Numbered from the stretch's first letter, positions 42,882-52,531 are shown. The stretch: DNA of 64,000 nt from Dehalococcoidia bacterium (GCA_965219085.1 OZ244720.1:1600001-1664000), one strand, 5' to 3'. Notes: generated by a model not told the origin, from the sequence alone. Program-made: numbers and translations.

Positions 42882-43748
42882 CTACTCGTCGCGACGCTCC
42901 GGCAGCTCGGCATACGTGCCGAGGACGAGGCCGGCGTCGCGGACTTGCTGCACGAGGGACTCCCACAGGCCACGCAGCTCGTCGGCCGAGCGGCCACGCC
43001 AGAGCCCCTTGGGTGCCTGCCAGCTACGTGGGTTGAAGTACTCGCTCGGGAGTTCAATGAGCGGCCGAGGGAACCCGGAATCGCCACTCTTGAGGGTCGC
43101 TGGGAAGAAGCTGAACATGCCATCCACCGGGTCATCGGGTGTCGCTCCCTGGTAGAGTCGGAGCGGCGCTTCCTCGTTGTTGTCGATCAGCGGCTCGCCG
43201 GTCGCGACAAGGAAAGCCTCGGGCCCCCAGTCTTCGAGGGCCATGCGTGCCTCGGGCGCTCCGTAATCGACGAATTCCCGGACCACGAGCACCGTATCGA
43301 GCATCCACTTCCGCTCGCCGTCGATCTTCTTGCCGCTCCCGAACGCGATCACAGAACCCTCGCCGAGGTGCGTCAGGCCCTTCTTGCTTGGCTGGCCGCA
43401 ATTCGAGTACAGGATGTGATCCCCGAAGATGAACGGGTCGGTGTTGTGCAGTTCCCGGTAGTCGTCCTTCGGGGCGTAGTACGGATGCCAGAGGTAGCGG
43501 GGGTATCGTGAGTTGCCGTTGGGCTGATCGAGTTCGCGGATGAGTTCTGATTCCGGCTCCCACTCGCCCCACGCTCGCAGGTCACCCGTGACCCGATCCC
43601 CGGCTTCACTAACCCACGCGCCGCGCAACTGCATGAATTTGCGCATGTGGCTGTGGGCGTAGCTGTTCCAAGCCTTTCCGCCGCCCCGGTCGGGTTCATG
43701 CTCCCAACCCGGATGCGAGAACTGAACGAACCAGCGGCTATCTGCCAT
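42882..43748 (-). CDS. Hypothetical protein, possibly nucleotide-modification-associated (Nmad-like)
   Basis: HNTDPFIFG...YSNCGQ...L..GSVIAFGS...LDTVLVV pattern; overlaps upstream gene stop; family call tentative. Confidence 0.7.
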   Translation of the reverse strand: MADSRWFVQFSHPGWEHEPDRGGGKAWNSYAHSHMRKFMQLRGAWVSEAGDRVTGDLRAWGEWEPESELIRELDQPNGNSRYPRYLWHPYYAPKDDYRELHNTDPFIFGDHILYSNCGQPSKKGLTHLGEGSVIAFGSGKKIDGERKWMLDTVLVVREFVDYGAPEARMALEDWGPEAFLVATGEPLIDNNEEAPLRLYQGATPDDPVDGMFSFFPATLKSGDSGFPRPLIELPSEYFNPRSWQAPKGLWRGRSADELRGLWESLVQQVRDAGLVLGTYAELPERRDE

Positions 43749-44514
43749 TGCGGTATGCCTCCAGGGTGATCGCGCCTAACTCGCGCTTCTGTGAATCGTG
43801 CAGCAGGCCGAATGGCTTCTGCGCGGCGGGACCGAAGACGAACAACGACGGCTCGCCACCGACCTCGTACCAGCGCGTCCGCACCTCGTACGGTCGTGAT
43901 CGAGGCTCGCCGCTCCCGGTCCGATCGAACGTGTGGAAGACCTCCCACTCGCTACCGGGTGGCTCGAACTCGATACGGTCGAGGTGGCGCTTCGCGACGG
44001 ACACCGCCACGAGGTGGGGCCGCAACGCCGCGAGCAGCAGGTGCCAGAGCGAGCCGCCCTCGGGTTCGAGGATTGCCCGTTCAGCATCGTGCAGCTTGCT
44101 CCACGTCGGATTCGTGGCGACGGGCGAGCAGATGTCGGTGTGGAGCGCCGTCGAGGTCTCGCCTGTGTAGTAGCTCGCGCCAGCGCCGTTGAGGAGCGGC
44201 TCGAAGGCGTTGAACCAGCTCCGATATGGGTCAGTGCGGTAGTACGCCGAAAGAGCGTCGAGGTAACGGTCGGGCTCGCGGCCTTCGGCACCTTCCGCGA
44301 GCGGGAAGCGCGAGAACGGGTCTTCCGTTGGGAACTCCAGAAGTGACGGGTTCAGGCCGACGGTCAGTATGCGCAGTGGTGAGGCGCGGTACGCGTTGAG
44401 GTCGCCGAAGAACAGGATCGGCGCTGCTGGGGTAACGCGTGACTGCAGCCTGGCGGCGTTGTCGTAGGCGCGCCAGGCCGCGGCTACCAGTTCGTCGAGA
44501 CGCACTCGTTCCAC
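43738..44514 (-). CDS. Hypothetical protein with uracil-DNA-glycosylase-like motif
   Basis: PILFFGD...RILTVGLNPS..EF...Y...PY.SWF...ALHTDICSP.AT.P.WS; start approximate (44514 or 44517). Confidence 0.7.
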   Translation of the reverse strand: MERVRLDELVAAAWRAYDNAARLQSRVTPAAPILFFGDLNAYRASPLRILTVGLNPSLLEFPTEDPFSRFPLAEGAEGREPDRYLDALSAYYRTDPYRSWFNAFEPLLNGAGASYYTGETSTALHTDICSPVATNPTWSKLHDAERAILEPEGGSLWHLLLAALRPHLVAVSVAKRHLDRIEFEPPGSEWEVFHTFDRTGSGEPRSRPYEVRTRWYEVGGEPSLFVFGPAAQKPFGLLHDSQKRELGAITLEAYRNGR

Positions 44515-44567
44515 CAAGCGGCGTGCACCCTTCTCGTCACGATTGTCATGGTAGCGGACGCCTTGAG

Positions 44568-46229
44568 CTACCCCTCGCCAACCGCGCTGAGCCACTCCAC
44601 CGCCGCCCGCAACTCGGCGCTGCGCAACGCTGCCGACGCCGCCACGAACGCCACCACCCCGCCCGCGCCGCCCGCCGCAACCAACACCAGCGCACCGAGG
44701 AGCTCCCCGGCCTCGGCGCCCGCCTCGCCGAGGCCGATGAGGAGCAGCACGACCACCTGCGCCATCACCACCGTCGCCAGGGCGGTGCGGAGCAGCGAGC
44801 GGCCGAGCGTGGGGGCGCCGAGCGTGCGCACGCCGCTGCCGGCGAGGCGGCGTCGCAGCGCCCAGAGCAGCAGCGCGAACTCGACGACCGCGGCGATTGA
44901 GGCGGCCGCGGCCAGGCCGGCGATGCCGAACGGCTCGACCAGCGCCGCGCAGACCGCGACGTTGAGCAGCATCCCGAAGACCGCGATCGCCACCGGGGTG
45001 CGGGTGTCGGAGAGTGCGTAGAAGCCGCGGCTCATGATCTCGATCGAGGCGTGCGCCCACACCGCGACCGCGTAGACCACGAGCACGCTCACCACGAGCG
45101 AGGTCGAGTCGGCGTCGAACGCGCCGCGCTGCAGCAGCAGCCGCACGGTCGGGTCGGCGAGCAGCACGAGGCCGGCCGAGGCCGGGACGGCGAGGAACAG
45201 GATCATGCGCAGCGAGCCGTCGATCGCGCGGCCGAGGCCCTCGATGTCGTCCTCGGCGCCGAGGTTCGCGAACGTGGGGAACGCGGCGGTCGAGATCGCC
45301 ATCCCGATCACGCCGACGGGGAGCAGCATCACGAGGAACGCGAAGTTGACCGCGCTGATCGCCTCGTCGGAGACGAACGAGGCGAAGAACATCACGACCA
45401 CGAGATTCACCTGCGCCGCGGCGAGCCCGATCACGCGCGGCCCCATCAGCCGCAGCACCTCGCGCACGCCCGCCGAGGCGAAGCCGAGGCTTGGCTGCCA
45501 GCGCATGCCGACGGCCCACAGCGCGGGCGCCTGCACGATGAGGTGGCCCACGCTCCCGATGACGACGCCCCACGCCAGGCCGTGTACGCCCCAGCGGTCG
45601 GCGAGCACGACCGCGCCGAGGATGATGCCGAGGTTGTAGAGCAGCGGCGCGATCGACGGCGCGAGGAAGTGCTGGCGCGCGTTGAGGATGCCGGTGAGCA
45701 TGCCGGACACGCCGAACATCAGCGGCGAGATCAGCATCACGCGTGTCAGCTCGACGGCGAGCGTGTGCAGCTCGTCGGCGCGGCCGGTCTCCTCGCCGAG
45801 CCCGGGCGCGAGCAGCGGCACGATGAGTGGGGCGAGCGCGAAGGCGAGCGCCGCGAGGACGAAGGTGGCGAGGCTGATCAGGTTGAGCACGCTGGAGGCG
45901 AGCCGCCACGCGTCGTCCTCGCCGTCGTCGAGGACGACGCGGCTGAAGACGGGGATGAAGGCGGAGGCGAGCGCGGCGCCGGCGAGGAGCTGGAAGACGA
46001 GGTCCGGCACGCGGAACGCGACGAAGTACGCGCCCAGCTCGGGCTCGGTGCCGAAGGCGTCGGCGATGGCGACCGAGCGCAGCAGCCCGAGCAGCCTGGA
46101 GGCGATGAAGCCCGTTGCGACGAGGCCCGCCGCCCCGGCGACACTGCGTGGTGACAGTCCTCGCCGCAGGGCCGCACCGGCCAGCCGGCGCCACCGGGCC
46201 CCTCGCGAGTGTTCGCGTCCCTCGCGCAT
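44568..46229 (-). CDS. murJ: Lipid II flippase MurJ
   Basis: SRLLGLLR, AFRVPD, SAFIPVF, RGAFD, RGFYALSDTRTP; start uncertain. Confidence 0.95.
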   Translation of the reverse strand: MREGREHSRGARWRRLAGAALRRGLSPRSVAGAAGLVATGFIASRLLGLLRSVAIADAFGTEPELGAYFVAFRVPDLVFQLLAGAALASAFIPVFSRVVLDDGEDDAWRLASSVLNLISLATFVLAALAFALAPLIVPLLAPGLGEETGRADELHTLAVELTRVMLISPLMFGVSGMLTGILNARQHFLAPSIAPLLYNLGIILGAVVLADRWGVHGLAWGVVIGSVGHLIVQAPALWAVGMRWQPSLGFASAGVREVLRLMGPRVIGLAAAQVNLVVVMFFASFVSDEAISAVNFAFLVMLLPVGVIGMAISTAAFPTFANLGAEDDIEGLGRAIDGSLRMILFLAVPASAGLVLLADPTVRLLLQRGAFDADSTSLVVSVLVVYAVAVWAHASIEIMSRGFYALSDTRTPVAIAVFGMLLNVAVCAALVEPFGIAGLAAAASIAAVVEFALLLWALRRRLAGSGVRTLGAPTLGRSLLRTALATVVMAQVVVLLLIGLGEAGAEAGELLGALVLVAAGGAGGVVAFVAASAALRSAELRAAVEWLSAVGEG

Positions 46230-46329
46230 CGGCGGCATCATCCCACGCGCGCGGTCAGTCGGCGATGTGCGCGGATAGACGCTCGCAGTGGGCGCCGTTA
46301 CCGTAGAAAGCCGCGACGGAGGATCGGGC

Positions 46330-46602
46330 ATGGCCCACTCGAGACAGGCGAAGAAGCGCGCGCGCCAAAACGAGGTGCGCGCGGCTCGCAACCGCCCGTA
46401 CCGCACGCGCGCCACGCGGCGCCTGCGCGATGCGCGCTGGGCGATCGAGGACGGCGACGCGGACTCCGCCGAGCAGGTGCGCCTGGCGCAATCGTCGCTC
46501 GATCAGGCGGCGAAGCGCGGGATCATCCACCGCAACACGGCGGCCCGCAAGAAGTCGCGCCTCGCGGCGCAGCTGAAGGCGCTGCAGACCGCCGACGCGT
46601 AG
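46330..46602 (+). CDS. rpsT: 30S ribosomal protein S20
   Basis: MAHSRQAKKRARQ...LDQAAKRGIIHRNTAARKKSRL. Confidence 0.97.
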   Translation: MAHSRQAKKRARQNEVRAARNRPYRTRATRRLRDARWAIEDGDADSAEQVRLAQSSLDQAAKRGIIHRNTAARKKSRLAAQLKALQTADA

Positions 46603-46626
46603 CCACACCACCCATCGCACCACGTC

Positions 46627-46660
46627 GAGCCCCCGCCGGGGGCTTTGGCTTGTCTTTTGT
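46627..46660 (+). terminator. Probable terminator after rpsT
   Basis: GAGCCCCC-GCC-GGGGGCTT hairpin followed by T-rich sequence. Confidence 0.6.
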
Positions 46661-46703
46661 TCCGGGAGTTCGCTCAGGACTCCGAAGCGCCCCACCCGCA
46701 TCA

Positions 46704-47060
46704 TCACGATGGCGGGCGGTGCGAGATGCGGATTCGCCCGCCACGGATCGTGACGATGGCGCGCTCCTCCAATGTGCCGCCATGCCGCTCGATCACCTCG
46801 GACATCAGGGAGATGCGTTCCGATGCCGGAACATCCGGCAGGCGCACGAGGCCGGCGTGCGGGACATCGTGGAGGTAGATCAACTCGCCGAAGTCGGTGT
46901 CGATCGTGATCAGGATCCGCGCCGCTGACTCGGCGAGTTCCAGCAGAGCCCGGTCCCCGGGGTCCGGGCCGAGTGAGCGGGCCTCCAGCACGTCATGGCC
47001 GTGCTCGCGAAGCCACTCCGCCAAACGGCGGCCGGCGCATCTATCGACGAGGAACCGCAC
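46704..47060 (-). CDS. DUF5615 PIN-like toxin
   Basis: MRFLVD...GHDV...D...RILITIDTDFGEL. Confidence 0.85.
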   Translation of the reverse strand: MRFLVDRCAGRRLAEWLREHGHDVLEARSLGPDPGDRALLELAESAARILITIDTDFGELIYLHDVPHAGLVRLPDVPASERISLMSEVIERHGGTLEERAIVTIRGGRIRISHRPPS

Positions 47061-47308
47061 TACTCGCGGACGGAAATCGTGGCCAGGGTGTCTCGCGCGA
47101 TGACCGCGTGCGCGTACGCCGTACAGGCAAGGATGTCCTCGGGCTCGAGATCGGGGTAGTCGTCCAGGATGTCTGCCTGCGCCACACCCTGCGTCAGGAG
47201 GCTCAGCACCAACTCCACGGACACCCGCAAGTCACGAATGATCGGCTTCCCGCCGAACACGTCCGGACGAGCGGTGATGCGTTGGAGCAGTTCCTCGTTG
47301 GCCGACAT
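47060..47308 (-). CDS. DUF433 antitoxin
   Basis: RITARPDVFGGKPIIRDLRVSV...ILDDYPDLEPEDILAC. Confidence 0.9.
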   Translation of the reverse strand: MSANEELLQRITARPDVFGGKPIIRDLRVSVELVLSLLTQGVAQADILDDYPDLEPEDILACTAYAHAVIARDTLATISVRE

Positions 47309-47584
47309 GACCTGACCTCCCGGGTCCGTCGCCGTGGGGCTCTCACCGCGCACGAGCAGGATACCGCCCCCATGGCGGTGTGGCTCGTTCGCCGACCGCC
47401 GGCCCGATGGCCACCGAGTGCTCGCGAGGCGCGACGAACTGCCTCGCGGTGACCCTCGCAGGATTCTGGCCGGGCCCGGCCCACGACGTGGGGCATGCAG
47501 TAGCAGCCCCCGCGCCGCGCTGCGATACTCTGGCGCGAAGCGGATTCCCCTCACCCCGACCCAGCGACCGATGACCGGAGCCCC

Positions 47585-48631
47585 ATGCGCGCCACCATCT
47601 TCGAGGAACCAGGCAAGGTGTCCGTCCAGGACCGCCCCACTCCCGAGACGGGCCCCGGCGAGGTGCGACTGCGCGTCGCGGCCTCCTCGCTGTGCGCTTC
47701 CGACGTGCGCGTCTACCGCGGCGAGAAGTACGCCCGCGCGGGCGTCATCCCCGGCCACGAGATCGCCGGCGTCGTCGACCAGGTGGGCGAGGGCGTCACC
47801 GGCGTCGCGGAGGGCGACCGCGTCATCGTGTGCCCCATCGTCTCGTGCGGGCACTGCCGCTTCTGCCAGACGGGCAAGCGCAACCGCTGCACCAGCCGCC
47901 AGACGCTCGGCTACGACATCGACGGCGGCTTCGCCGAGTCGGTGCTCGTACCCGCCGCCATCGTCGGCCTCGGGCAGGTCTTCACCGTGCCCGACGACTT
48001 GCCGCTCGATGTCGCCGCGCTGACCGAGCCGGCTGCCTGCGTGACCGCGTCGCTCGAGTTGTGCCGGACGGGCATCGGCGATTCGCTGTTCATCATCGGC
48101 GCGGGGCCCATGGGGTTGCTACACGTGCTCATGGCGCGCGCCGCCGGCGCTGCGCCGATCATCGTCAGTGAGCCGGTCGCCGAGCGCCGCGAGACCGCGC
48201 GCCGCTGGGGCGCGGACCTCGTGCTCGACCCGGCGAGCGACGACGTGACGGCGGCGGTCAAGGACACGACGTCGGGCGCGGGCGCGGACGGCGTCGTGCT
48301 GTCCGTGGGCATCCCGCAGCTCGTCGAGCCCGCGCTGGCGGCGGTGCGGCCGCAGGGTGTGGTGAACCTCTTCGCGGGCTTCCCGCCGGGCAACCCCGTG
48401 CCGTTCGACCCGAACCTGGTGCACTACGGCGAGGTCGTGCTGACCGGCTCGCAGAACGCCACGAGCGACCAGTACCGGCGCACCGTCGCGATGCTCGGCC
48501 ACGTGCCGCACATCGACGAGGTGGTGACCAACCGCTACCGCATCGAGGACGCGCCGCAGGCGTACGCCTCGCGGCTGGCGCTCGACGGACTCAAGTCGCT
48601 GGTCGAATTCCCAGGCGTGGATCGACATTGA
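47585..48631 (+). CDS. Zinc-dependent alcohol/polyol dehydrogenase (MDR family)
   Basis: CASD, GHE, CGHCRFC......RC, GAGPMG. Confidence 0.93.
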   Translation: MRATIFEEPGKVSVQDRPTPETGPGEVRLRVAASSLCASDVRVYRGEKYARAGVIPGHEIAGVVDQVGEGVTGVAEGDRVIVCPIVSCGHCRFCQTGKRNRCTSRQTLGYDIDGGFAESVLVPAAIVGLGQVFTVPDDLPLDVAALTEPAACVTASLELCRTGIGDSLFIIGAGPMGLLHVLMARAAGAAPIIVSEPVAERRETARRWGADLVLDPASDDVTAAVKDTTSGAGADGVVLSVGIPQLVEPALAAVRPQGVVNLFAGFPPGNPVPFDPNLVHYGEVVLTGSQNATSDQYRRTVAMLGHVPHIDEVVTNRYRIEDAPQAYASRLALDGLKSLVEFPGVDRH

Positions 48632-49401
48632 GCTTCCTCGGCGGTTGGCGCTCGCGCGGGAACGGCGGCGACGCCGCCGCCGACGAGCCGCGCGCCACGG
48701 CGCTGGCCGGCGGATCGGATGACGGTCTGGGCGCCTGGCTGCGCACCCGCCGCGAGGAACGCGGATACGACTTCGACCGGGTCGAACGCGACACCCGGAT
48801 CAGTCGCGGGTACATCGAGGCGCTCGAGCGCGACCAGTTCGACACGTTGCCGGCGCCGGTGTACGCGCGCGGGTTCGTGCGCAGCTACGCGCGCTACCTC
48901 GGCCTCGACGAGGAGGAGGCGCTCGGCCGCATGCCGAGCGAACTTCCCCGCCCACCGGGCCTCGAACCGCTGCCCGGCCTGCGGCGCAGCGAGGGGCCGT
49001 CCGCCATCCCCACGGTGCCGTGGCGCTGGCTGCTGCTCGTCATCGTCGTCGTGGCCGCCGGAGGGGCGGCGTTTTTTGTGGGAGTGCCGCGCCTCACCGA
49101 CCTCAGAGGTGACGGGGGAGATGGCGAGTCGCAAGTCGAGGAGGCGCCGCCCGCCGCCACCGTCGGACCGTTCGAGGAGGGCACGATGCCCGACCTCCGC
49201 AACGTCGAGCTGGCTGAGGCGAGGCGCGTGCTGGCTGAGATCGGCGTGCAGCTCGTGTCCGAGTTCGAGATCGAGACGGACGACACACCGCCGGGCCGCG
49301 TGTTCGGCCACTCGCCGTCTCCGGGGCAACCGCTTGCCGCCGACGACGAGGTGAACCTGTTCATCTCGGCGGAACCCGCGCCGGAGGACACGGAGGAGTA
49401 G
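48628..49401 (+). CDS. RodZ-like HTH + TM + PASTA domain protein
   Basis: LGAWLR..RE...TRISRGYIEALE...LPAPVYARGFVRSYARYLGLD; TM; MPDL...GRVFGHSPSPG...VNLFIS. Confidence 0.85.
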   Translation: MSFLGGWRSRGNGGDAAADEPRATALAGGSDDGLGAWLRTRREERGYDFDRVERDTRISRGYIEALERDQFDTLPAPVYARGFVRSYARYLGLDEEEALGRMPSELPRPPGLEPLPGLRRSEGPSAIPTVPWRWLLLVIVVVAAGGAAFFVGVPRLTDLRGDGGDGESQVEEAPPAATVGPFEEGTMPDLRNVELAEARRVLAEIGVQLVSEFEIETDDTPPGRVFGHSPSPGQPLAADDEVNLFISAEPAPEDTEE

Positions 49402-49529
49402 GCGGTGCCCCGCCTTCCGTCTTGCACCCGCGTTCGTCCCCCGAGTTACTGCGCTTCCTTCGCGAGCGGCGGAGACGTCGACTGGCAATCCGACCTCGCG
49501 GAGTACGTCGCCGACGGGACCCTGGAAGG

Positions 49530-50164
49530 TCCCATCCTCGCGATCCCGGAGATTGAGCGCACTCGTCCGCCGCGCGCCGACATCACCTCGATCTCATGAT
49601 CATGAGCATGGCGGGACCGAACATATCGTGGCGCTGCGAGGCGGCCCAGGGTTATCTGCCGTGCAATGGCCAGCGCTTCTCTACGAGGTACACCGCGATA
49701 CCGACCACGGCCACGTAGGCGAGCATGGCCGCGAACGCGAGCACCCCGGGACCACCCAGGCACTGGACCACGACGGTGCCGCCAACGATGAGGATGAAGG
49801 AGGGGACCGCGCTGCGCAGCGCGGCGCGCCTCATGAAAGCCAAATCCCGGTACGTGTTCATGGCTGGAGATCTACTGCCGTCCCCGGTGACCCGGAAGGC
49901 CGAGTCCATTCGTCGCGTGCGGACGACGCAGGATCTCGGCCTTCGGATCGTATGCGGCTCAACCGCAGCCCGTAAAGCCGCAGGTGACTACGACGATCCC
50001 ATCCTCACGATCGCGGGAGACGGAGCGCACTCGTCCGCCGCGCGCGGCATCACCTCGATCCCATCCTCGCGATCGCGGGAGATGGAGCGCACTCGTCCGC
50101 CGCACGCGGGCATCACCCTGATCTCATGATCGTGAGCATGGCGGAACCGAACGTCATCGTGCCG
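49530..50164. repeat. Palindromic ~62-bp repeat family, three copies (49530, 49995, 50057); copies 1 and 3 share a further ~40-bp tail
   Basis: CCCATCCTCGCGATCGCGGGAGATGGAGCGCACTCGTCCGCCGCGCGCGGCATCACCTCGATC consensus; tail TCATGATC.TGAGCATGGCGG.ACCGAAC. Confidence 0.9.
49652..49861 (-). CDS. Small two-TM hypothetical protein between repeat copies
   Basis: MNTYRDLAF...FILIVGGTVVV...LAFAAMLAYVAVVGIAVYLV. Confidence 0.5.
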   Translation of the reverse strand: MNTYRDLAFMRRAALRSAVPSFILIVGGTVVVQCLGGPGVLAFAAMLAYVAVVGIAVYLVEKRWPLHGR

Positions 50165-50174
50165 TCGCGGGCGG

Positions 50175-51515
50175 TTGACGCTGACTGCTCCCCGGCCCCA
50201 GCCTGCTCACGTGCGATACCACCTCGTCACCCTCGGCTGCGCCAAGAACACCGTCGACTCGATGCGGCTGGAACGCGCGCTGCGCAACGCGCGCCACGCA
50301 CCGGTCGACGAGCCGGACGACGCCGACCTCGTGCTCGTCAACACCTGCGGCTTCATCGACGCCGCCAAGCAGGAGTCGATCGAGGTGGTGTCGGAGCTCG
50401 ACCGCAACCGGCCGCCGGATCAGCGGCTCTACGTCGTCGGGTGCATGACCCAGATCGCCGAGGAGGAGGTGCGCTCCGCCGTGCCGGGCGTCGACGCGAC
50501 GTTCGGCGTCGAGGCGTGGGACGCCATCGCCGCCTCGCTCGGCCCGGCCGACCCGGGGTACGACATCCCGCAGCAGACGGTGCTACCGATGGGGCCGAGC
50601 GCGTACCTGAAGATCTCCGACGGCTGCGACCGCCCGTGCACGTTCTGCATCATCCCCACCATCAAGGGCGGCATGCGCTCCGAGCCCACCGAGCGCCTGC
50701 TCGGCGAGGCGCGCATGTACGCGGCCGCGGGCGTGCGCGAGCTGGTGCTCGTGGCGCAGGACTCGACCGCGTACGGCGAGGACCGCCGCGATCGCGACGG
50801 CCTCGCGGTGCTCCTCGAACAGCTCGCCGCCGAGGTGCCCGAGGTGCCGTGGATCCGCCTCATGTACGCGTACCCCGGCCGCGTGACGCGCCGCCTGGCG
50901 GAGACGATGGCGGCGCTGCCGAACGTGCTGCCGTACCTCGACATCCCGCTGCAGCACGGCTCCGACGCCATGCTGCGCCGCATGAAGCGCCCATCGCTGC
51001 GCACGGCGCACCGCAGCCTCGACGCCATCCGGACGGCGATGCCCGACGTGACCGTCCGCACGACGTTCATCGTCGGCTTCCCGGGCGAGACCGACGCCGA
51101 GTTCGAGGAGCTGCTCGACTTCGTCGAGGAGCAGCGCTTCGACCACGTCGGCGCGTTCACATACTCGCCGCAGGCGGGCACGCCGGCCGCCGGGTACGCC
51201 GACCCCGTGCCGCACGAGGTGGTCGCCGAGCGCTACGGCGCGCTCATGGAGCTCGCGCAGGCGATCTCACACGAACGCAACCGCGAACTCGTCGGCCGCG
51301 AGCTCGACGTGCTCGTCGAGTCCGAGGCGCCGGCGGCGAGCGCGACCGGCGACCCGGTCGTCGTCGGACGGAGCTTCCGCGACGCGCCCGAGGTGGACGG
51401 CCTCGCGTTCGTGCGTGGCGAGTTCCCGACCGGGACGCTCGTGCGGGCGCGCGTCGACGGCGCGATGCCGTACGACCTGCTGTGCTCGCCTGTGCGTGAG
51501 GCTGTCCGCGCCTGA
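50175..51515 (+). CDS. rimO: Ribosomal protein S12 methylthiotransferase
   Basis: LGCAKNTVDS, VNTCGFI, YLKISDGCDRPCTFC, APEVDG TRAM domain. Confidence 0.95.
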   Translation: MTLTAPRPQPAHVRYHLVTLGCAKNTVDSMRLERALRNARHAPVDEPDDADLVLVNTCGFIDAAKQESIEVVSELDRNRPPDQRLYVVGCMTQIAEEEVRSAVPGVDATFGVEAWDAIAASLGPADPGYDIPQQTVLPMGPSAYLKISDGCDRPCTFCIIPTIKGGMRSEPTERLLGEARMYAAAGVRELVLVAQDSTAYGEDRRDRDGLAVLLEQLAAEVPEVPWIRLMYAYPGRVTRRLAETMAALPNVLPYLDIPLQHGSDAMLRRMKRPSLRTAHRSLDAIRTAMPDVTVRTTFIVGFPGETDAEFEELLDFVEEQRFDHVGAFTYSPQAGTPAAGYADPVPHEVVAERYGALMELAQAISHERNRELVGRELDVLVESEAPAASATGDPVVVGRSFRDAPEVDGLAFVRGEFPTGTLVRARVDGAMPYDLLCSPVREAVRA

Positions 51516-51529
51516 GCGCCCGTTCGCAG

Positions 51530-51832
51530 CTAATCCAGATCCAGCACGTACTCCTCGACGGCGCGGTCGATGACCTCGGCGCGGCCGAGGAGCTCGCGGT
51601 CGGCGAAGCGTTCGGCGTCGTCGGCCAAGCGGCGCGCCGTTGCGAGGTCGCCGGAGACGACGGCGAACCCCACTTCGGCGCGCTGCGTGAGGTCCTGCGC
51701 GCCCACCTCGGCGGCGGAGACGTCGAGGCGCGCGCGCAGCCGCTCGACGATCGACCGCACGACGGCGCGCTTCTCCTTCAGGCTGTGCGCGGCGGGCAGG
51801 TACAGCGTCAGCACGACGCTAATGGTGACCAC
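51530..51832 (-). CDS. DUF503 family protein
   Basis: HSLKEKRAVVRS...VSAAEVGAQD. Confidence 0.85.
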   Translation of the reverse strand: MVTISVVLTLYLPAAHSLKEKRAVVRSIVERLRARLDVSAAEVGAQDLTQRAEVGFAVVSGDLATARRLADDAERFADRELLGRAEVIDRAVEEYVLDLD

Positions 51833-51838
51833 GACCGG

Positions 51839-52531
51839 CTACAGGTCGAGCGGCGGCTGCACCGCCGGGTCGGAGGCGTCCGGCGCGGGCGCCTCGGCGT
51901 GCTCCCCGCTGGGCGATGCCGCGGGCTCCGCGTCCTCGTTCGGTTCGACGGGCAGCGCGCGTTGCACGCCGTCGTCGAGGCCGAGTAGCTCCGGGAGCTC
52001 GTCGAGGCCGGGGAGGTGGTCGGCCTGCTCGAGCCCGAAGTGTTCGAGGAAGCGCTGCGTGGTGCCGTAGAGGCCGGGCCGTCCCGGCCCGTCCGCGCGG
52101 CCGACGCGCTCGACGAGCCCGCGCGCACGCAGCGTGGCGAGCACGCCGTCGCTGCTGGTGCCGCGGATCGCCTCGATGGCCGCGCGCGTGACCGGCTGGC
52201 GGTAGGCGATCACCGCCAGCGTCTCGAGCGCGGCCGTCGACAGGCGCCGCGAGGACTCCAGGCCCAGGAAGTGTTCGACGACCGCCGCCGCGTCGGGCGC
52301 GGTGATGAGTTGCACGCCCTCGGGGCCGCTCTGGACCCGGATGCCTCTGCCATCGAGGTGGTCGCGCACCTCGTTCAGCCCCTGGCGCACCTTGCCGGGC
52401 GTCACGCCGAGCGTGCGCGCGAACGCCGCCGCGGCCACCGGGCCGTCGGCGACGAAGAGCAGCGCCTCGAGGAGCGCGGGGATCGCCTCGGCGGTCGGCT
52501 CGTCGAATGGGGGTCGTGGTTCGTCCGGCAT
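51839..52531 (-). CDS. scpB: Segregation and condensation protein B
   Basis: LEALLFV, LSTAALETLAVIAYRQPVTR..IE.IRG, GRP.LYGTT..FL..FGL. Confidence 0.95.
   Translation of the reverse strand: MPDEPRPPFDEPTAEAIPALLEALLFVADGPVAAAAFARTLGVTPGKVRQGLNEVRDHLDGRGIRVQSGPEGVQLITAPDAAAVVEHFLGLESSRRLSTAALETLAVIAYRQPVTRAAIEAIRGTSSDGVLATLRARGLVERVGRADGPGRPGLYGTTQRFLEHFGLEQADHLPGLDELPELLGLDDGVQRALPVEPNEDAEPAASPSGEHAEAPAPDASDPAVQPPLDL

Noticed and set aside
43738-46194. 818-aa ORF as one protein
   Set aside because: The first ~560 codons overlap murJ in another frame and are Arg/Pro-rich noise; only the 3' part is a plausible gene
49530-50164. Repeats as a CRISPR array
   Set aside because: Units are about 62 bp, two are directly adjacent without a spacer, only three copies, no cas genes in the window
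51839-52531. scpB without adjacent scpA
   Set aside because: scpA may lie elsewhere; cannot be judged from one window
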